A DNA stretch of 64,000 nt from Anolis carolinensis (Eukaryota), in NCBI RefSeq assembly GCF_035594765.1, contig NC_085842.1, positions 260,137,749-260,201,748 on the forward strand, written 5' to 3'. Under the pieces are notes generated by a model. It ran no database searches, had not been told where the DNA came from, and saw only the letters and a list, made by a program, of their open reading frames with translations. Positions 1 to 11,113 of this stretch are shown in pieces. The position numbers and the translations under genes are program-made. How positions within the stretch are numbered: position 1 is the first letter of the stretch; each line of letters starts with the position of its first letter.

Positions 1-2
1 CT

Positions 3-980
3 TTCGATTTGCAAGAAGTAGACTTCCTGGGGTACCGCGTCTCGCCACTGGGGCTATCCATGGACCCGGCAAAAGTATCAGCCGTACTAGAATGGCGAGC
101 GCCAACCAACAAAAAGGAAGTACAACGCTTCTTGGGGTTTGTGAACTACTATCGCAAGTTCATTCCAGATTTTGCCTGCTGGACTGATCCAATCACCAGC
201 TGCATCTGGGGAAAACAACCTTTCTGCTGGACTGAGCAAGCTGAGAAAGGATTCCAAAAACTGAAACAGTTATTCACGACCCAGTCAATCCTGCCACATC
301 CTGACCCCAAGACCCCCTTTGTAGTCCAGGCGGATGCCTCGGACGTGGCGGTGGGAGCTGTACTAATGCAACCAGTGGGAGAACATCTCCATCCATGTGC
401 TTATTATTGACGTCAGCTAACAGCTCCGGAGAGAAATTATACCATCTGGGAAAAGGAACTCTTAGCCATAAAGACAGCCTTCGAAACTTGGAGGCATTGG
501 CTAGAAGGAGCTAACTTCCCTATAGAGGTTCATGCCGACCATCGAAATCTGGAGCACTTAAGGACCGCACGGAAGTTAAACCAAAGGCAACAGCGCTGGG
601 CTTTGTTCTTTGAGCGTTTTGATTTCCGGATCCACTATGTGACTCCTGCCCAGACCAAACAAGCAGACGCCCTATCACGGAAGCCAGAGTATGCAGCAGG
701 GCGTAAAGACATCTCAGAGACCCATTTGTTACAACCGGAAAACTTTGCCACACTCACGGTGGGAAATATCAAATCTACTCCAGTTGAGCCAGCTTCACCT
801 ATTCCGGAATCCACAACCACAGACTCTCTTTTTACCCAGGAAATCAGGGCCAGTCAGCAGGCAGATGCTTGGGCCCAAGAACAGATTCGACAGGGACTAC
901 GTTTCCCATTTTCGCTAAAAAATGGGTTATTGTGTTACAGGAATCATGTTTATATTCCTCCGGGGCCTGAGAGGGGAAAG
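3..980 (+). pseudogene. pol: pol: RT C-terminus/connection and RNase H, disrupted
   Basis: Motifs [70 protein letters not shown]. In-frame TGA at 408-410 (HPCAYY*RQL, where S is expected). One-base frameshift near 975-980 into the IN frame. Confidence 0.93.
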
Positions 981-988
981 CTCTCAAG

Positions 989-2572
989 TTGTGTCACGAC
1001 AGCAAGCCTGCTGGACATTTCGGACTGTTTAAAACTATACATTTGATCTTGCGAGATTTCTGGTGGCCCAGAATTCGTAAAAATGTGGAGAACTATGTCG
1101 CCACCTGTCCTACATGTCAGCGTTCCAAGACACGCAGGGAAAAGCCGACAGGACTTTTGTACCCCCTTCCCACACCATCTCGCTCGTGGGAGATAATCTC
1201 CGCAGATTTCATCACGGACCTGCCGCCGTCTCTTGGATTTACCACGATCCTAGTAGTGGTGGACCTGTTCACCAAGATGGCCCATTTTATCCCCTGTGAG
1301 GGGCTTCCTACAGCCAAGGAGACCGCAGACCTATTCCTTCAGCATGTATTCCGATTACATGGCCTGCCCAAGAGTTTGGTCACTGACCGGGGAACTCAAT
1401 TCACCTCTCGCTTTTGGAAAGCTCTTCAAAAACTATTGGGCATTGACTCACGTTTATCCTCAGCTCACCACCCTCAAACGGATGGACAGACTGAGCGCAC
1501 CAATGCCACTCTAGAACAATATCTTCGCTGTTATGTCAACTACCAACAGGACAATTGGGCGGCCCTGTTACCTCTTTCGGAGTTTGCTTTTAACAATGGT
1601 GTCCAGAATTCAACCAAGGAAGCCCCATTCTTTGCAAACTACGGTTTCCACCCCCGTTTCTTTCCTCCCGTCGTAGAGACTTCGGAAGTTCCTGCAGCGG
1701 AGAATTGGCTCCAGGAACTCACAGTGGTGCAGGAGCTATTACACCAGCAACTCGATCAAGCCAAAAAGGACTACAAACGTCATGCTGACAGCCATTGCCA
1801 GCTTGGCCCTGAGATCAAGGTAGGAGAACGGGTATGGTTGTCCACTCGCTTTCTGCCCTCCCAACGTCCCTGCCGGAAGTTAGATGCCCGTTTCATTGGT
1901 CCCTACCCAGTAGTGGCTCAACTTAACCCCGTGACTTTCAAACTCCAACTTCCGCGTTCCATGCACATTCATCCGGTGTTCCATCGTTCCCTCCTCCTTC
2001 CGGCGGATGGTGTTCGTCCAGATGTGGGCCGGCCACCTCCGGCCCCTGCTTTGGTAGACGGAGAGGAGGAATTCGAGGTCCAGGACATTTTGGATTCTCG
2101 CCTACATCGCCGCCGTCTCCAATATTTGATTGATTGGGTGGGCTACGGCCCTGAAGAACGCTCCTGGGAAGATGCTTCCACAGTCCATGCCCCTGACTTA
2201 GTCCGTCGCTTTCACCGGACTTACCCTTCCAAGCCGCGTCCCCGCGGATCTCGAGGGGGGGCCCTGGATGAGGGGGGCCTTGGGAGGAGGGATAGTGTGA
2301 TGTCCCATGGGCCTTGGAGTTCTGATCCCAGCGCCATCGTGGTTGATGATGATGAAAACATGGGGTTTTTGCCGGTTCAGCAAGAGACGGAATTTTTCCA
2401 GATGCCTGTTGTTGATGATTCTACCCAAGAGCCCATTATAAAAGACCTTGAGCAGGCCTTTCCTAGTGCCTCCCCCCCTTTTGCTAGGAAACAGTCCTAT
2501 GCTGCGAGTCGGGGAGAAAAAGAGCAGTTTCGGAGAAGCTTGAGATTAGCAGCTAAACAAGACGTTAATTAG
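989..2572 (+). CDS. Integrase + chromodomain + LTR-encoded C-terminal extension (open part of disrupted pol)
   Basis: HHCC (CHDSKPAGH...CPTCQ), DDE core ([24 protein letters not shown]), GPY/F motif (FIGPYPV). Chromodomain ~2066-2227 ([10 protein letters not shown]...[16 protein letters not shown]). No internal stop until TAG 2570-2572. Normally part of the Pol polyprotein. Confidence 0.92.
   Translation: MCHDSKPAGHFGLFKTIHLILRDFWWPRIRKNVENYVATCPTCQRSKTRREKPTGLLYPLPTPSRSWEIISADFITDLPPSLGFTTILVVVDLFTKMAHFIPCEGLPTAKETADLFLQHVFRLHGLPKSLVTDRGTQFTSRFWKALQKLLGIDSRLSSAHHPQTDGQTERTNATLEQYLRCYVNYQQDNWAALLPLSEFAFNNGVQNSTKEAPFFANYGFHPRFFPPVVETSEVPAAENWLQELTVVQELLHQQLDQAKKDYKRHADSHCQLGPEIKVGERVWLSTRFLPSQRPCRKLDARFIGPYPVVAQLNPVTFKLQLPRSMHIHPVFHRSLLLPADGVRPDVGRPPPAPALVDGEEEFEVQDILDSRLHRRRLQYLIDWVGYGPEERSWEDASTVHAPDLVRRFHRTYPSKPRPRGSRGGALDEGGLGRRDSVMSHGPWSSDPSAIVVDDDENMGFLPVQQETEFFQMPVVDDSTQEPIIKDLEQAFPSASPPFARKQSYAASRGEKEQFRRSLRLAAKQDVN
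2282..2295 (+). promoter_or_regulatory. Polypurine tract (plus-strand primer)
   Basis: GGGAGGAGGGATAG immediately upstream of the LTR-start TG at 2296. Confidence 0.85.
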
Positions 2573-3159
2573 CTATGTTCCCCTGGGAAATTCTAGGGAG
2601 GAACGCATCTGGAGGGAGATGTGTTTCGCTTCTCTTTCCCTTGGGAAAGGAAGCTCTAGACACCTGCTTTGCAGGAAGATGAGACTTAGTTAAAAGTGCC
2701 CGAGTCAACAGATCAGCTTCAGGAGTGATTTCGTGTTCCCAGCCAAGTGTAGACTTCGTAAAGTCTGCAACTCCAGTTCCCTTGCCTTGCCTCACCTAGC
2801 CAAGTATTCAAGAACTATCTTGCCGTGTTTCCAGCCTTGGACCTTGTTTCTAGTATCAAGCCTTGTTCCCTGTTCTTGCCGTGGACTTACTTTAAACTTT
2901 GGAAAGATCGTTGGACGCTTCCCCACTCTATTGTTTGTAAATATTGTTTGTTTCGGTGTGGATTTATAACTTTGGACTCTAATATAAAATATTGGACAAT
3001 ATAGATTTGGACTATAATTGACCTTCCCTGAAAGGTCTTTCACTGGACTACATTTCCTACTTGTTTTTATTATTCTTATATATTTCCTTAATAAAGATAT
3101 TAGATAGTTTTTGGCCTCCGTGTGTCGGTTCTTAGTGCTCCGTTGCCTTGGGCGTGACA
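2296..3159 (+). repeat. 3' LTR (864 bp)
   Basis: Starts TGTGATGTCCCA after the PPT and ends TGGGCGTGACA (imperfect inverted termini). AATAAA at 3090-3095. The partner LTR is outside the window. Confidence 0.85.
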
Positions 3160-5807
3160 AATAAGTTGTTGCTTCCTCCCTTGATGCTCATGAGCAGCTG
3201 AAATGAACCCAGGTACTCCTCTGCAGCCAATACGCGGTAAGAAAAATGAACTGCTCCCGGCAACCCCAGGATGTTGTTGTGCCCCAGGATGGGGCCTATA
3301 AGTAGGAGGTACTAGATAATCTTGCACCATGACACCCTCCAAAGTGTGTGCGCAAATGTTACTCCAATCATGCCCAAATACATTGCCATCTGGACACCAG
3401 CCTGAGTCTGTCTTCTTTTCCCAAAAAAGTGCAGCTTCTAATGTAGTGGACCAACAAATTCTGGCCATAGCTTAAGCTTCCCAAAGTGGCTGACATCTCC
3501 TACTGAGTTATTAAAAAAAATAATACAATTTTCAGTACCTCATTATGGATTAGTGAAAAACTCTAATTATTTGGATGAAATGATTCTTTTGTTTCAGGGT
3601 GTTCTTGAGAAAGAACATCTGTCTTCTTGGGATACTTCCCATGCTCTTGTTTGCCCAGTGAACCCCTCTCATGGGAAGCTGCCATGTGGCTATGCTGGGA
3701 GTAATCATATGCCATTTTTAAAACAAATTAAAAGGATGTGAGTTTTTGACAGTATGAACACTGGTTGACAGGGTTTGAGTCCTCTTGGCTGCTACTGTGA
3801 ACTACATAGCATACAACTGTGCTCTTGTTGAGTTTCCCACTCCCCTCTGCTGAAGGCTGCCATACACAGACAAAAGTGTTTGAGTAATTCACTGGGCCAA
3901 TTCTAATTTCCTTGGATCTGAAGGATTGCATTTGGTAAGAAGAAATCTGTACAGCCATTTTAACCCCACTTTTTGGACTGGACCAGGGCGGGTGCGGGTG
4001 GGGAATAACAACTTGGAACATATGTGAGTCGAATGTAAGAGTAAGCTTTCACTGACTTGAGGTTTTGCAATAAACCAAAGAGAGGTTGGGGGATGGGGGA
4101 GCTCAAATCCAGTTAACTGTGCCTTGGTTGAAGTATTCCTAATTTAACTACTATTTTTAAATTTGGCCTAATTATCCAAAGAACATCCTGGAATCAAAGA
4201 TAATGTGTGGTCCTGTTCAGTCTCTAGAGCTGTATTTGTTTGTGCCAGTATGAATCTTAGCTTTGGGTGCTGATAGAAGCCATTCTCCCCCTTCCCATTC
4301 CCCGCTAGATTAAGCAGTTGAATCTGTGCCTAAAATGCCTGAGGTTATTTGGATGCATTGATAGAGGCATGCAGTGATGATTGAATTTGAATCTGTTATG
4401 AGAGCAAGTATTCGTGCATTTGCCAAAGAGCAGAAATAACTTAAACCTTCTGAATGTGTGGTACTTTGCACACATGGTGATGGAGCTGTTGCTCTTAAAA
4501 GAGAAATTTCAAGTCTCCTGTTGTTTTTTTTCTTGCAAATGCAGTTGTATGGAACATGTGTGTTACCCTCAAACAGGCTTTGAAAAGCATTCTCTCTCTG
4601 TTTCTGCCCTGTCCACCTTCAAAGAAGATTTTAGGGCACATTAAACTTGAAGGAAAAGCATCCTAGGGCAAGTGACCTTTTTAGTTTAAATTTAAAATCC
4701 ACAGTCTCACTCCAGACTGGTCAGATGACCTAGAATAGCCTGCTCTTTCTGAAAGCACTTTGGGAAATGGAAACGTATTGCTACAGAAAAAAGCAGGGCA
4801 TCACACCTGTTCCACTGAAGGATGTCACAGGCCTCGTGTATAGGAACATCTTTCTTTAAATGAAAGAAGAACAGATTGACTTAGGAGTGATTGACCATGA
4901 GTGCTTTTCTCTTTGCCACCATGATAAAACCAAAGTACACATCTGTCTTGCTTTATTCTTTCTGGGAAACTATAGAGTTGAAGCCTGTTACGGGGTAACA
5001 TTCAGATCCCCCTGGGAAAACGTCAATTTCGCAACCCTCTAGCTCTACTTTTTTTTTTCTAGATAATGTAGAGAGCAGCATCAGTGTAAGTTTTCTTATG
5101 GAATGATGTGAAGATAAAATTCAGTGACCTAATAAAATAGAAATAAAAAATCCATTGGAGTTTGAAACTGAAAAAAGAGAAAGAAAATAAAACTTGAGTT
5201 AGTTATCAAAAGCTCTTGGGAACTGGAAGTTAGAATCCCTTCTGATCCTGTTTTTGTTCTAATCTTGATCCAAGTGAACCAGTATCATTTTTCAACGTTA
5301 GACTAAGATTGGAGAGACCCAGATTCTGGTCCCCATCTGCACAGGATTCTGACTCATTGCCTTGAAACCACTTGGTATCTTTTAGCATAACAGTCTTTTG
5401 TGGCATGTTGTGACGATAGAAACGGAGAAGAGGGTTGTCTGTTGTCTTGAGCTCCTTGTAGGAAAAGTGGGATATTTATATAAGCGAATATATTTGCCAT
5501 TGGAAAAATAAAATTAGTTGTATCAATTCTTCCATGACCTTTACTCATATAATGGAGTACTTTATGTTCTTGGGTTCTCTTTCTTTCACCTGGGCCCTTG
5601 AATGCCATTTTATAGACCTAAAGGATTTTTGATTATAGCTTGGTAAATGATGAAGAGGATTGGAAGAAGGAGGAGACCCAAGGTGACTATGTGTCCAACC
5701 TGATTGACAATAGCCCTTGGGGACTCTATTATTCAACTCTGATGTAAAGATAAAGAGTTTTAAGAAAGGGAGAGTAGAAGAGAATCTGAAGTTTTGTGTT
5801 GACATTA

Positions 5808-6046
5808 GTATCTTGGCACAGCCTAAAGACACCAGATCTCTTCTGATTTTGGAAGGTAAGCAGGTTCAGCTCTGGTTAGTACTTGGATGTGAAGAAACCA
5901 ATAAATACTGGTTGCTATAGACTCTACTTTAGAGGAGAAAACTGGCAAAACCACCTCTGAGATTGTTTACCTAAGAAAATCTTATAAAATTCTTGAGATC
6001 ACCATAAGTTGACAGTTTTACAGATTTACACATGCACACACACAAC
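5808..6046 (+). mobile_element. 5S rRNA-derived SINE (SINE3 type), decayed, with RTE-type tail
   Basis: gatctcttctgattttggaaggtaagcaggttcagctctggttagtacttggatg aligns to 5S rRNA GATCTCGTCTGATCTCGGAAGCTAAGCAGGGTCGGGCCTGGTTAGTACTTGGATG. Followed by ggcaaaaccacctctga...caccataagt, shared with other SINE tails here. Confidence 0.85.
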
Positions 6047-7377
6047 TGAACAACTGACTGAATAGCTACTCAAGTCAACTAGGCAGTATCTTTCCCTTCT
6101 TTGGAGAGTTGTATTGTATTTTCTGTTTAAATTATAGTGTCTATACATGTTAATCTTGATAAAAAATATCCAAATATCTCTCTTTTGTGCATCCTCTGTC
6201 TGTATTTGTTCACTTTTATGATGATATGTGAAAGGCTTTTCTTCATTTTTTGAAGCCTCTACTGGATCTTAATCCCCTTTGTCCATAGAAGATGTCCATG
6301 TAAGGACAGAAGTTACCTTTCATTCATGGAAGATAATCTTTTGGATACAACCCATTTTCCCTACTTTAGAATAGACATCTGAATTCTCCAGAATAGATTA
6401 GTAACATCCATGTATCTTTTTCATTCAAAACTAACAAACTGATAAAAAGTTTTGCTATCTCTTCTATGCAGTGGGAATATTGACTACTCTGTAAGGTGGG
6501 ATAAAATTTGATTTAAAAAGTCTGCCCCCTTTCCTTGTGCTTTGGGAACAAGTTGGATTATGAATTGAAATAGATATTTTGCAGATAGACAAATGTACTT
6601 CCATACATGTAGCTGTTTATTTGCAGGGAAGAAAGTTTAATATTTTCATGATGATGACTGCAATAATATACTTTTTCCACTTGAAGTGTGAAAGAGAAAT
6701 TATTGTTTTCAGAGTTGCAAATGACAGTAGCAGCTGGATTTATTGCTGCAGGTATGTCAAGATGATTACTTCATGAGTACACGTCTTCTAACCCAGACTT
6801 CTACATCGAGAAATGTCTCTGTAACCAATTAGTTGTTTTGACCTTTCCCGGGTTCTTGTATTGTCCTCGGTCATAAAAATAGACAGCTGCAGTCGTTGAC
6901 TAGAGGCATGTATTGTTGAGGGGAAAACTCTGTGTCACAATAGATGAGGGTGACAAAGTAGGAAAAACTGTTCAATCAATTTAACAGGCTCTGCTCCCTT
7001 AGGGAAGGCAAAGGTTAGAAAGCTGGAAATGTCTGTGTCATTCATTTCAGATACAACTGTGGACAGCCTCTTACTTAATGATTTTATACTTGAGTATAGA
7101 TTCACTAATATGAAGTACTTGGGGAAAGCAAAGGACTCTTTAACATGAAGAACTGTGCTTCCCTTGAAAATATATAGAGTTGACTGGGATTCTTTCTCAG
7201 TTACCACTTCTGGATATATTATTATCAAAAGTAAGATCATCACATGCACAGATTCTTTCTTCATCTGAATTCTTGAAAACAAAATGCAGATCTTTTTTGG
7301 GAAGGGAAATGTATTTCAATACATCCTTCAGAGTTGATGTAGATTGGGCCAAATACATTTGCACTGTTGTCTCTGCT

Positions 7378-7582
7378 GCATCAGTGTGGTGAAGTGGTTT
7401 GAATGTTGGACTACAGCTCTGGAGAACAGGTTTCAAATCTCCCCCTTCAGCCAGGGAAACGTAGTCAGTGACATTGGACAAGTCATATGCACTCAGGGGA
7501 ACACAAATGCTAGTTCCCTATGAATAAATCTTACAAAGAAAACACTATGATAGGGTTGGAAATGTCTATGGAAATAATAACA
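7378..7582 (+). mobile_element. Old tRNA/CORE-type SINE (MIR/Squam3-like head)
   Basis: A-box tggtgaagtgg, B-box-like gtttcaaatc, CORE-like gtgacattggacaagtca; homologous to the copy at 61389. Confidence 0.75.
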
Positions 7583-9629
7583 CTGAATTTTATATTGCAC
7601 AATGGTCATATTCTCAGGAATGACAGAAAGGTATAGCTATATCATTGAGAGAATTGGGCAAGCAGAATTTGCAGCATGTTGCATAGCATGTTTTCATGCA
7701 CATCTTCTCCCATTGCTCAATATGAGCCACTACTGCCCAATGACATCCCATAGTTACAAGAGGGCAACTTGTATGCTCACCAATTCTATAAAGTTCCTTG
7801 TAGGGTCACCAATAAATCAGAAAATACTTGAAAACATACAACAAGTAACTGTGACCATTACTTTGCCTCTCCATAAATTTTTAAATAATGGACAATGAGG
7901 AAATACTGGGTTGCGATCCTGGGATTACTTCTATTATGGTACCCCAGTCGGAATTACATCCCCAACAGAAACCTACTATTTGCAATGGTGAAAAGGTCCC
8001 ATTGACATCAATGGGAAATTTCCTTCCATTGGGAATTGTAGGGTTAGAGTGAACCATTATGAAGGGGACCATGAGGCATGTTTAGGAAAGGCTTAAAGCT
8101 TCCCCTCATACTGCTGTCCTAATCCACCACAGTCCTATAAATATACAAATTATTTATTCCAAGTCAACTACAAAGGAAAAGCGACATGTCTAGTTTGGAT
8201 CAGAGAGGCTAATTCCAGTGGGTCTCTCCTTCCTTCAGCTGTCATTTAGCAGCAGCCATTCCATCTGGCTACTGCTAAATGTCACCTCCAAATTACCTTT
8301 AAAATAACCTTCTGTTCTGGCCACTTCTGTTTTAACAGGGGATAGCTGATGCAGCTTGCAGTATATTGGAATGATGGAAATAAATCCCAGAGTAGTTTAC
8401 AGAATGTTAATAACAAACAAGACAGGCTCTGCCCAGAATCATATAGCAGAAAAGACGCAATACAGAAGGAAAAATATATGCAGAGGAAAAGGGAGATAAT
8501 GAGAAGTAGTAGCTGTTGTGCCCCATGTGTTGAAGAAGAGGAAGAGCTGAATTGAGCTAGTCTTTCGAAGAGTAACATTGCTATATTAGGCCCCTGGCAA
8601 AAAGACAGATGAGCCACCTGGAAGCTTCTGGAAGAATGGTTTTCCTTTTTTTTTGTCAGAAATAAGAAATAAGATACACATCAGCAGTTTTGTCTTCTTT
8701 TTTGCCCTTCAGTAAGAACTACCATATGATGCCAACCAGTTCACATATTATATTTCTACATACTGTCTCATAATTAGGCATGACCAGGAGAGACCTAAGA
8801 GAAAAACATAGAGGGCTCCTTTGATATATTCAATTTACCAAAGATTTATTCAATTAAAGAAAAATAATAAATATGGGGAAGAGAAGGAGGTGAAATCTCT
8901 AGAAGATTTCATTGAAGAATAATCTTAGATGAATTGTGGTGGTAAGTTTGGTTCTGGGACCATCAGGTTATCGGTATGGATACTGGAAGAAGAACACTAA
9001 CCTTTCTATTGTATGGAATTCAGACATTTTCCGTTGTATGACAGCTGCCAGGTGCACATTGGCAATTCAGTGGCTGCAGACAGAGTGGAATTCAAGTTCC
9101 TGCATTTGTTATTTTTGTCACCCTATTGTCATGGGAAATTCCTTATGTAACTTGAAAAAGTTCTATTCACGGGGTCTTGAAATCTGAATAGTTGACAAAT
9201 CAGGGAAGCTTTAAAAAAATGATATGCAGCCCTTGTACTAAGATAGCTTAAAATTAACTGGAGAACCTCCCTGGTTTTTTGTGTGTGCATGTGACATGAA
9301 GAATAATTGCTTTAATTATCCTAATACATAATCTATATACATTGAGTTATGACAACTGTCCGAGATGGCTCTGGTGATGATAAGGAGCTTAGGAAAAATA
9401 GCATTGGCTCTAAAAATAAAACGTTGCTGTACCATGTAAACAGTCATGATTGATTTCTGCTTCAGTCATTTCCTGCTCCGTGATGCCAAGAGGCTGGGAC
9501 CACATGGCCAAATTTGCTTACTGTGATAAATCATAATTCAGAAGGAGGTCAGATAAATGTGTCCAGTTTTTTTTTTTTAAAAAAAATCTAAGTGCAATGG
9601 GTTTAAAAGTTTTCATTTTCAATTTGTTT

Positions 9630-10095
9630 ACAATCAGCTCTCCACATTCACTGGGTTTAGGTGTGCAGGAGTCCTGCAAAAGTGGAAAAACTGAATTAGA
9701 AAACCTATGCTAAGACCTCTAGAAATATTTACGTTCTTTAGTGCAATTTTATGGTCAACTTCTGTTATAAATTGACCACATAATCTCATTGGAGAGCCTA
9801 TGAATGCCTAGAGAAGTGTTCTATCTTGAATTCTCTAGATCCTCTATGGAACTCTATCTTGACATCCAACAGAAGTTGACCATATCAGGCATAGGGAAAC
9901 TTCAGCCCTCAAGGTGTTTTCAACTTCAACCATTGGCAGTTAGGAATTGTGTGTGAAGTCCATAACATATGGATGGCCAAAGTTTGTCCATGCCTGATAC
10001 AAATACACTAGACATTCCTACAGGGAACATTTTAATCAAATCTGCAAATAAAAAATCTGCAAAAATAAAACCTGCAAATGTGGATGGCTAACCTT
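9630..10095. mobile_element. Old pogo/Tigger-like non-autonomous DNA element with nested hAT MITE (9886-9996)
   Basis: Degenerate inverted ends (ctccacatt / aatgtggatgg). The nested element has CAGGCAT...ATGCCTG TIRs, same family as 40729-40861. Confidence 0.55.
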
Positions 10096-10546
10096 ATATA
10101 AAAATGAATGTTCCCTTTGTGACCAGAATTTTCAGGAGTCTCTGTGTCTTACGAATCCCAAACCTGATCTGTTTTGATCGCTGACTTATATGATGAGGTG
10201 GCCATATCCGTTCCAATGGTAGAAGCTGATTGGACAGGTCTGATAGCTGAATTTTACTTCAACAATGAGAATGGAACAACATCATGTATGATACCTGAGG
10301 TCATCAGGTGGTATGAAGACACACAGGCCAAACTATGTGGTACAAATACCCCCAAGAATTCCACTGCCCAGTAGCATTAGTCACATCTTCACCTGCTCCC
10401 AAAGTAGTCAATTCATTCATAGGGCTCAGTCCTAGTCCTATGACAACTGTTCATGACACTGGGAAAACTCATTAATGCGAGTGGAATTGCTCACTGTAGT
10501 GACCTCTGAAGTCATATTTCACAGAGCAGTAGCCTTAATGCGGATG

Positions 10547-10627
10547 AGGGCACTTCCACACAGCCATATAATCCAGAATATCAAGGCAGATAATGTGGGA
10601 TTTTATAAAGCTGTGTGGAAGGGGCCT
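10547..10627. mobile_element. Short palindromic PIF/Harbinger-like MITE
   Basis: Inverted ends ggcacttccacacagc / gctgtgtggaaggggcc; internal tataatccag motif shared with the MITEs at 21956 and 41358. Confidence 0.65.
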
Positions 10628-10647
10628 GTGTCTTCCTTTGTGAACAA

Positions 10648-11113
10648 GGGGCCGGGCTGTGGCGCAGCTGTTGAGCAGCTGCCTTAAATCACTCTGACCA
10701 TGAGGTCATGAGTTCGAGGCCAGCCCGTGGCGGGGTGAGCACCCGTCAATTAAAAATAAAAAATAGCCCCTGCTTGTTGCTGACCTAGCAACCCGAAAGA
10801 TAGTTGTATCTATCAAGTAGGAGATAAGGTACCACTTATAAGTGGGGAGGCAAGATTAACTAATTTACGACCAGGAATGAGGAAGTGCCGTCAGTGTGGA
10901 TGATGAAGCAGCTGCTCCCCCCTGTGGCCAGAATCGAACATCCCCTCAGAAGAAGGTTAACTTGCCTCTGCGTGTGTCTCTCAGTCTCTGTTTGATGTGT
11001 TTATGGGCATTGAATGTTTGCCCTATGTGTGTTATAATGTGATCCGCCCTGAGTCCCCTTCGGGGTGAGAAGGGCGGAATAGAAATACTGTAAATAAATA
11101 AATAAATAAATAA
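10648..11113 (+). mobile_element. Full-length tRNA-derived SINE with L2-type 3' end and (TAAA)n tail
   Basis: A-box tggcgcagctg, B-box gttcgaggc, 3' ccgccctgagtcccc...gagaagggcgg, (AAAT)n tail. CpG-rich, so young. Confidence 0.88.

Larger units (their letters stand above)
1..3159 (+). mobile_element. Ty3/Gypsy LTR retrotransposon, chromovirus (Sushi-like); 5' part lies outside the window
   Basis: Domain order RT-RNase H-IN-chromodomain, followed by a polypurine tract and a TG...CA LTR. Confidence 0.97.

Noticed and set aside
3100-3468. 122-aa minus-strand ORF spanning the LTR end; CCAAT and TATAA-like motifs at ~3226 and ~3297
   Set aside because: Crosses the insertion junction, no recognisable domain, and such short motifs are expected by chance.
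5828-5925. Functional 5S rRNA gene
   Set aside because: Many substitutions, degraded 5' end and attached SINE tail; called as a SINE instead.
7995-8016. tcccattgacatcaatggga palindrome
   Set aside because: Short motif common in decayed reptile repeats; no element boundaries definable.
10174-10374. 66-aa ORF with protein-like composition (ADLYDEVAISVPMVEADW...)
   Set aside because: TTG start, no family recognised, no convincing splice-site pair.
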